A stretch of 62,491 nt of DNA, filler included. It is 4 parts of 4 records of this genome, joined end to end, with 100 filler letters (N's around TTAATTAATTAA, not from the genome) between each part and the next. Parts side by side here need not be neighbours in the genome. Positions count along the whole stretch, not along the records: positions 57,212 to 62,491 come from SRR31156797_12468; 3 more parts are not named here. One strand, given 5' to 3'. Position numbers and translations under genes: made by a program. Of the stretch, positions 61,370-62,491 are shown piece after piece; position 1 is the first letter of the stretch, and each line of letters begins with the position of its first letter. The notes under the pieces were generated by a model that made no database searches, was not told the DNA's origin, and saw only the letters and a program-made list of their open reading frames with translations.

Positions 61370-62422
61370 ATGAATAAAAAAATTACATATCTGCTTGGAG
61401 CAGGGGCAAGCTACCCGGAATTACCACTTGCTGTTGACATTCCGGATAAAGATATTTTAGGGCTTCCAGGTTCTTTAGGGCAAATGACCGCATGTTTTGA
61501 TTCGGCTCTTAGAGATCGGAAATTTAACAATGTAACCGGCAAAATTCTAAAAGAACTGATTGCTGATTTTCGGAAACTGAGTGAAGAATCCAGGAAATTT
61601 CATAATGTGGATACTCTGGCTAAATACTATTACCATAGCGACAAGAAAAAACTCGTATGGCTTAAACAAACCCTGGCCAGGTATTTTATGCTGGAACAGT
61701 TCGGGATAGATCTTATGTCAGGAAAAGCTGACAGAAAAACGGTATTCAGGCTAAACAAGCGCTACCTGGTCTTTCTCACCACCATTCTACAAAAAAGAGG
61801 CGCCCTTCCGGAAAATATCAGGATGCTTACTTGGAATTATGATTTCCAGATGGAACTGGCCGGGTATGTTTTTCAAAAAGAATCATTGCAGTGGAATGGG
61901 GTAGTTGAGATTCAGGATCAACCACTATTTGGGTATCATCCGGGATCTGCACTCAATTCGCGACAGGACGCCGGCGAAATAAGTCTGGTTCACCTTAATG
62001 GTGTTGCAGGTATGATTTCCAATAGTGACAACGAATACCTGAATATCTTTTTGGCAAAGGATGAATATGAAAAGGAGGAAGAAATCGTGAAACAGGTTTA
62101 TATTTTCACAAAGCAAGCTGACCTGTTATTGAATTTTGCATGGGAAGAAAGCGAATTTGCCGGCAAAACACTGGAAATAGCCAAAAGCATCATCGAAGGT
62201 ACGGACATCCTGGTGGTGATCGGGTACTCATTTCCGTTTTTCAACCGAAACATCGATAAGGCCTTATTCGAAACCTTGCGAAAAAGGGAAAGGCTGAAAA
62301 TCTATTTCCAGGACCCTGTGTTGGACGGGAGCAGTCTTCGAAACCAGTTCAACCTCGACGACACCGTAACCATCAAACACATCCCGGATGTAAACCAGTT
62401 TTACATCCCTTACGAGTTGTAA
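61370..62422 (+). CDS. SIR2-like (SIR2_2) putative NADase
   Basis: YLLGAGAS, LTWNYD, VHLNG, LVVIGYSF. ATG 61370 is 18 nt after the 2TM-CBS stop. Confidence 0.8.
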   Translation: MNKKITYLLGAGASYPELPLAVDIPDKDILGLPGSLGQMTACFDSALRDRKFNNVTGKILKELIADFRKLSEESRKFHNVDTLAKYYYHSDKKKLVWLKQTLARYFMLEQFGIDLMSGKADRKTVFRLNKRYLVFLTTILQKRGALPENIRMLTWNYDFQMELAGYVFQKESLQWNGVVEIQDQPLFGYHPGSALNSRQDAGEISLVHLNGVAGMISNSDNEYLNIFLAKDEYEKEEEIVKQVYIFTKQADLLLNFAWEESEFAGKTLEIAKSIIEGTDILVVIGYSFPFFNRNIDKALFETLRKRERLKIYFQDPVLDGSSLRNQFNLDDTVTIKHIPDVNQFYIPYEL

Positions 62423-62491
62423 AACAGGTGATTGATGCAAGTGAAAAAATGATATTCAAATAAATTTAAATGAAGGATAACTAAATATTAT

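Overview
This window is not one locus. It is four unrelated contigs joined by 100-nt N/TTAATTAATTAA linkers at 21559-21658, 48612-48711 and 57112-57211. Contig 1 (1-21558, Desulfovibrionaceae-like) carries the 5' end of a selenocysteine formate dehydrogenase (UGA at 25-27), ModE-like and FmdE/molybdopterin genes, a kinase/HDOD/HD-GYP/hemerythrin signalling cluster, housekeeping genes, and a three-gene islet (RloC-like, TIKI/TraB-like, HEPN-like) beside a tRNA 3' end. Contig 2 (21659-48611, deltaproteobacterial-like) is a 27-kb defence island. It holds Wadjet jetAB, a CARF/RtcR-like sigma54 activator, a type I RM system, an ABC-ATPase plus HDR/PLD-like pair, DUF2188, a TerY-P triad and a four-gene CoCoNuT-type module (Upf1-like helicase, wHTH-HEPN, coiled-coil McrB, McrC/Zn-finger). 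Three well-formed sigma54 -24/-12 promoters are visible in this island. Contig 3 (48712-57111, AT-rich, Bacteroidota-like) has a TPR-TM-HTH regulator followed by direct-repeat operators and a secreted 72-aa precursor with four identical KEDPIVIVR cores, a candidate undescribed peptide-signalling system, then GH20, radical SAM and T9SS cargo genes. Contig 4 (57212-62491, Bacteroidota-like) has a T9SS cargo gene and a complete IS630 inserted into a 2TM-CBS gene that is coupled to a SIR2-like gene, a candidate undescribed defence pair. All family and taxonomy calls come from reading motifs by eye; no database searches were run.
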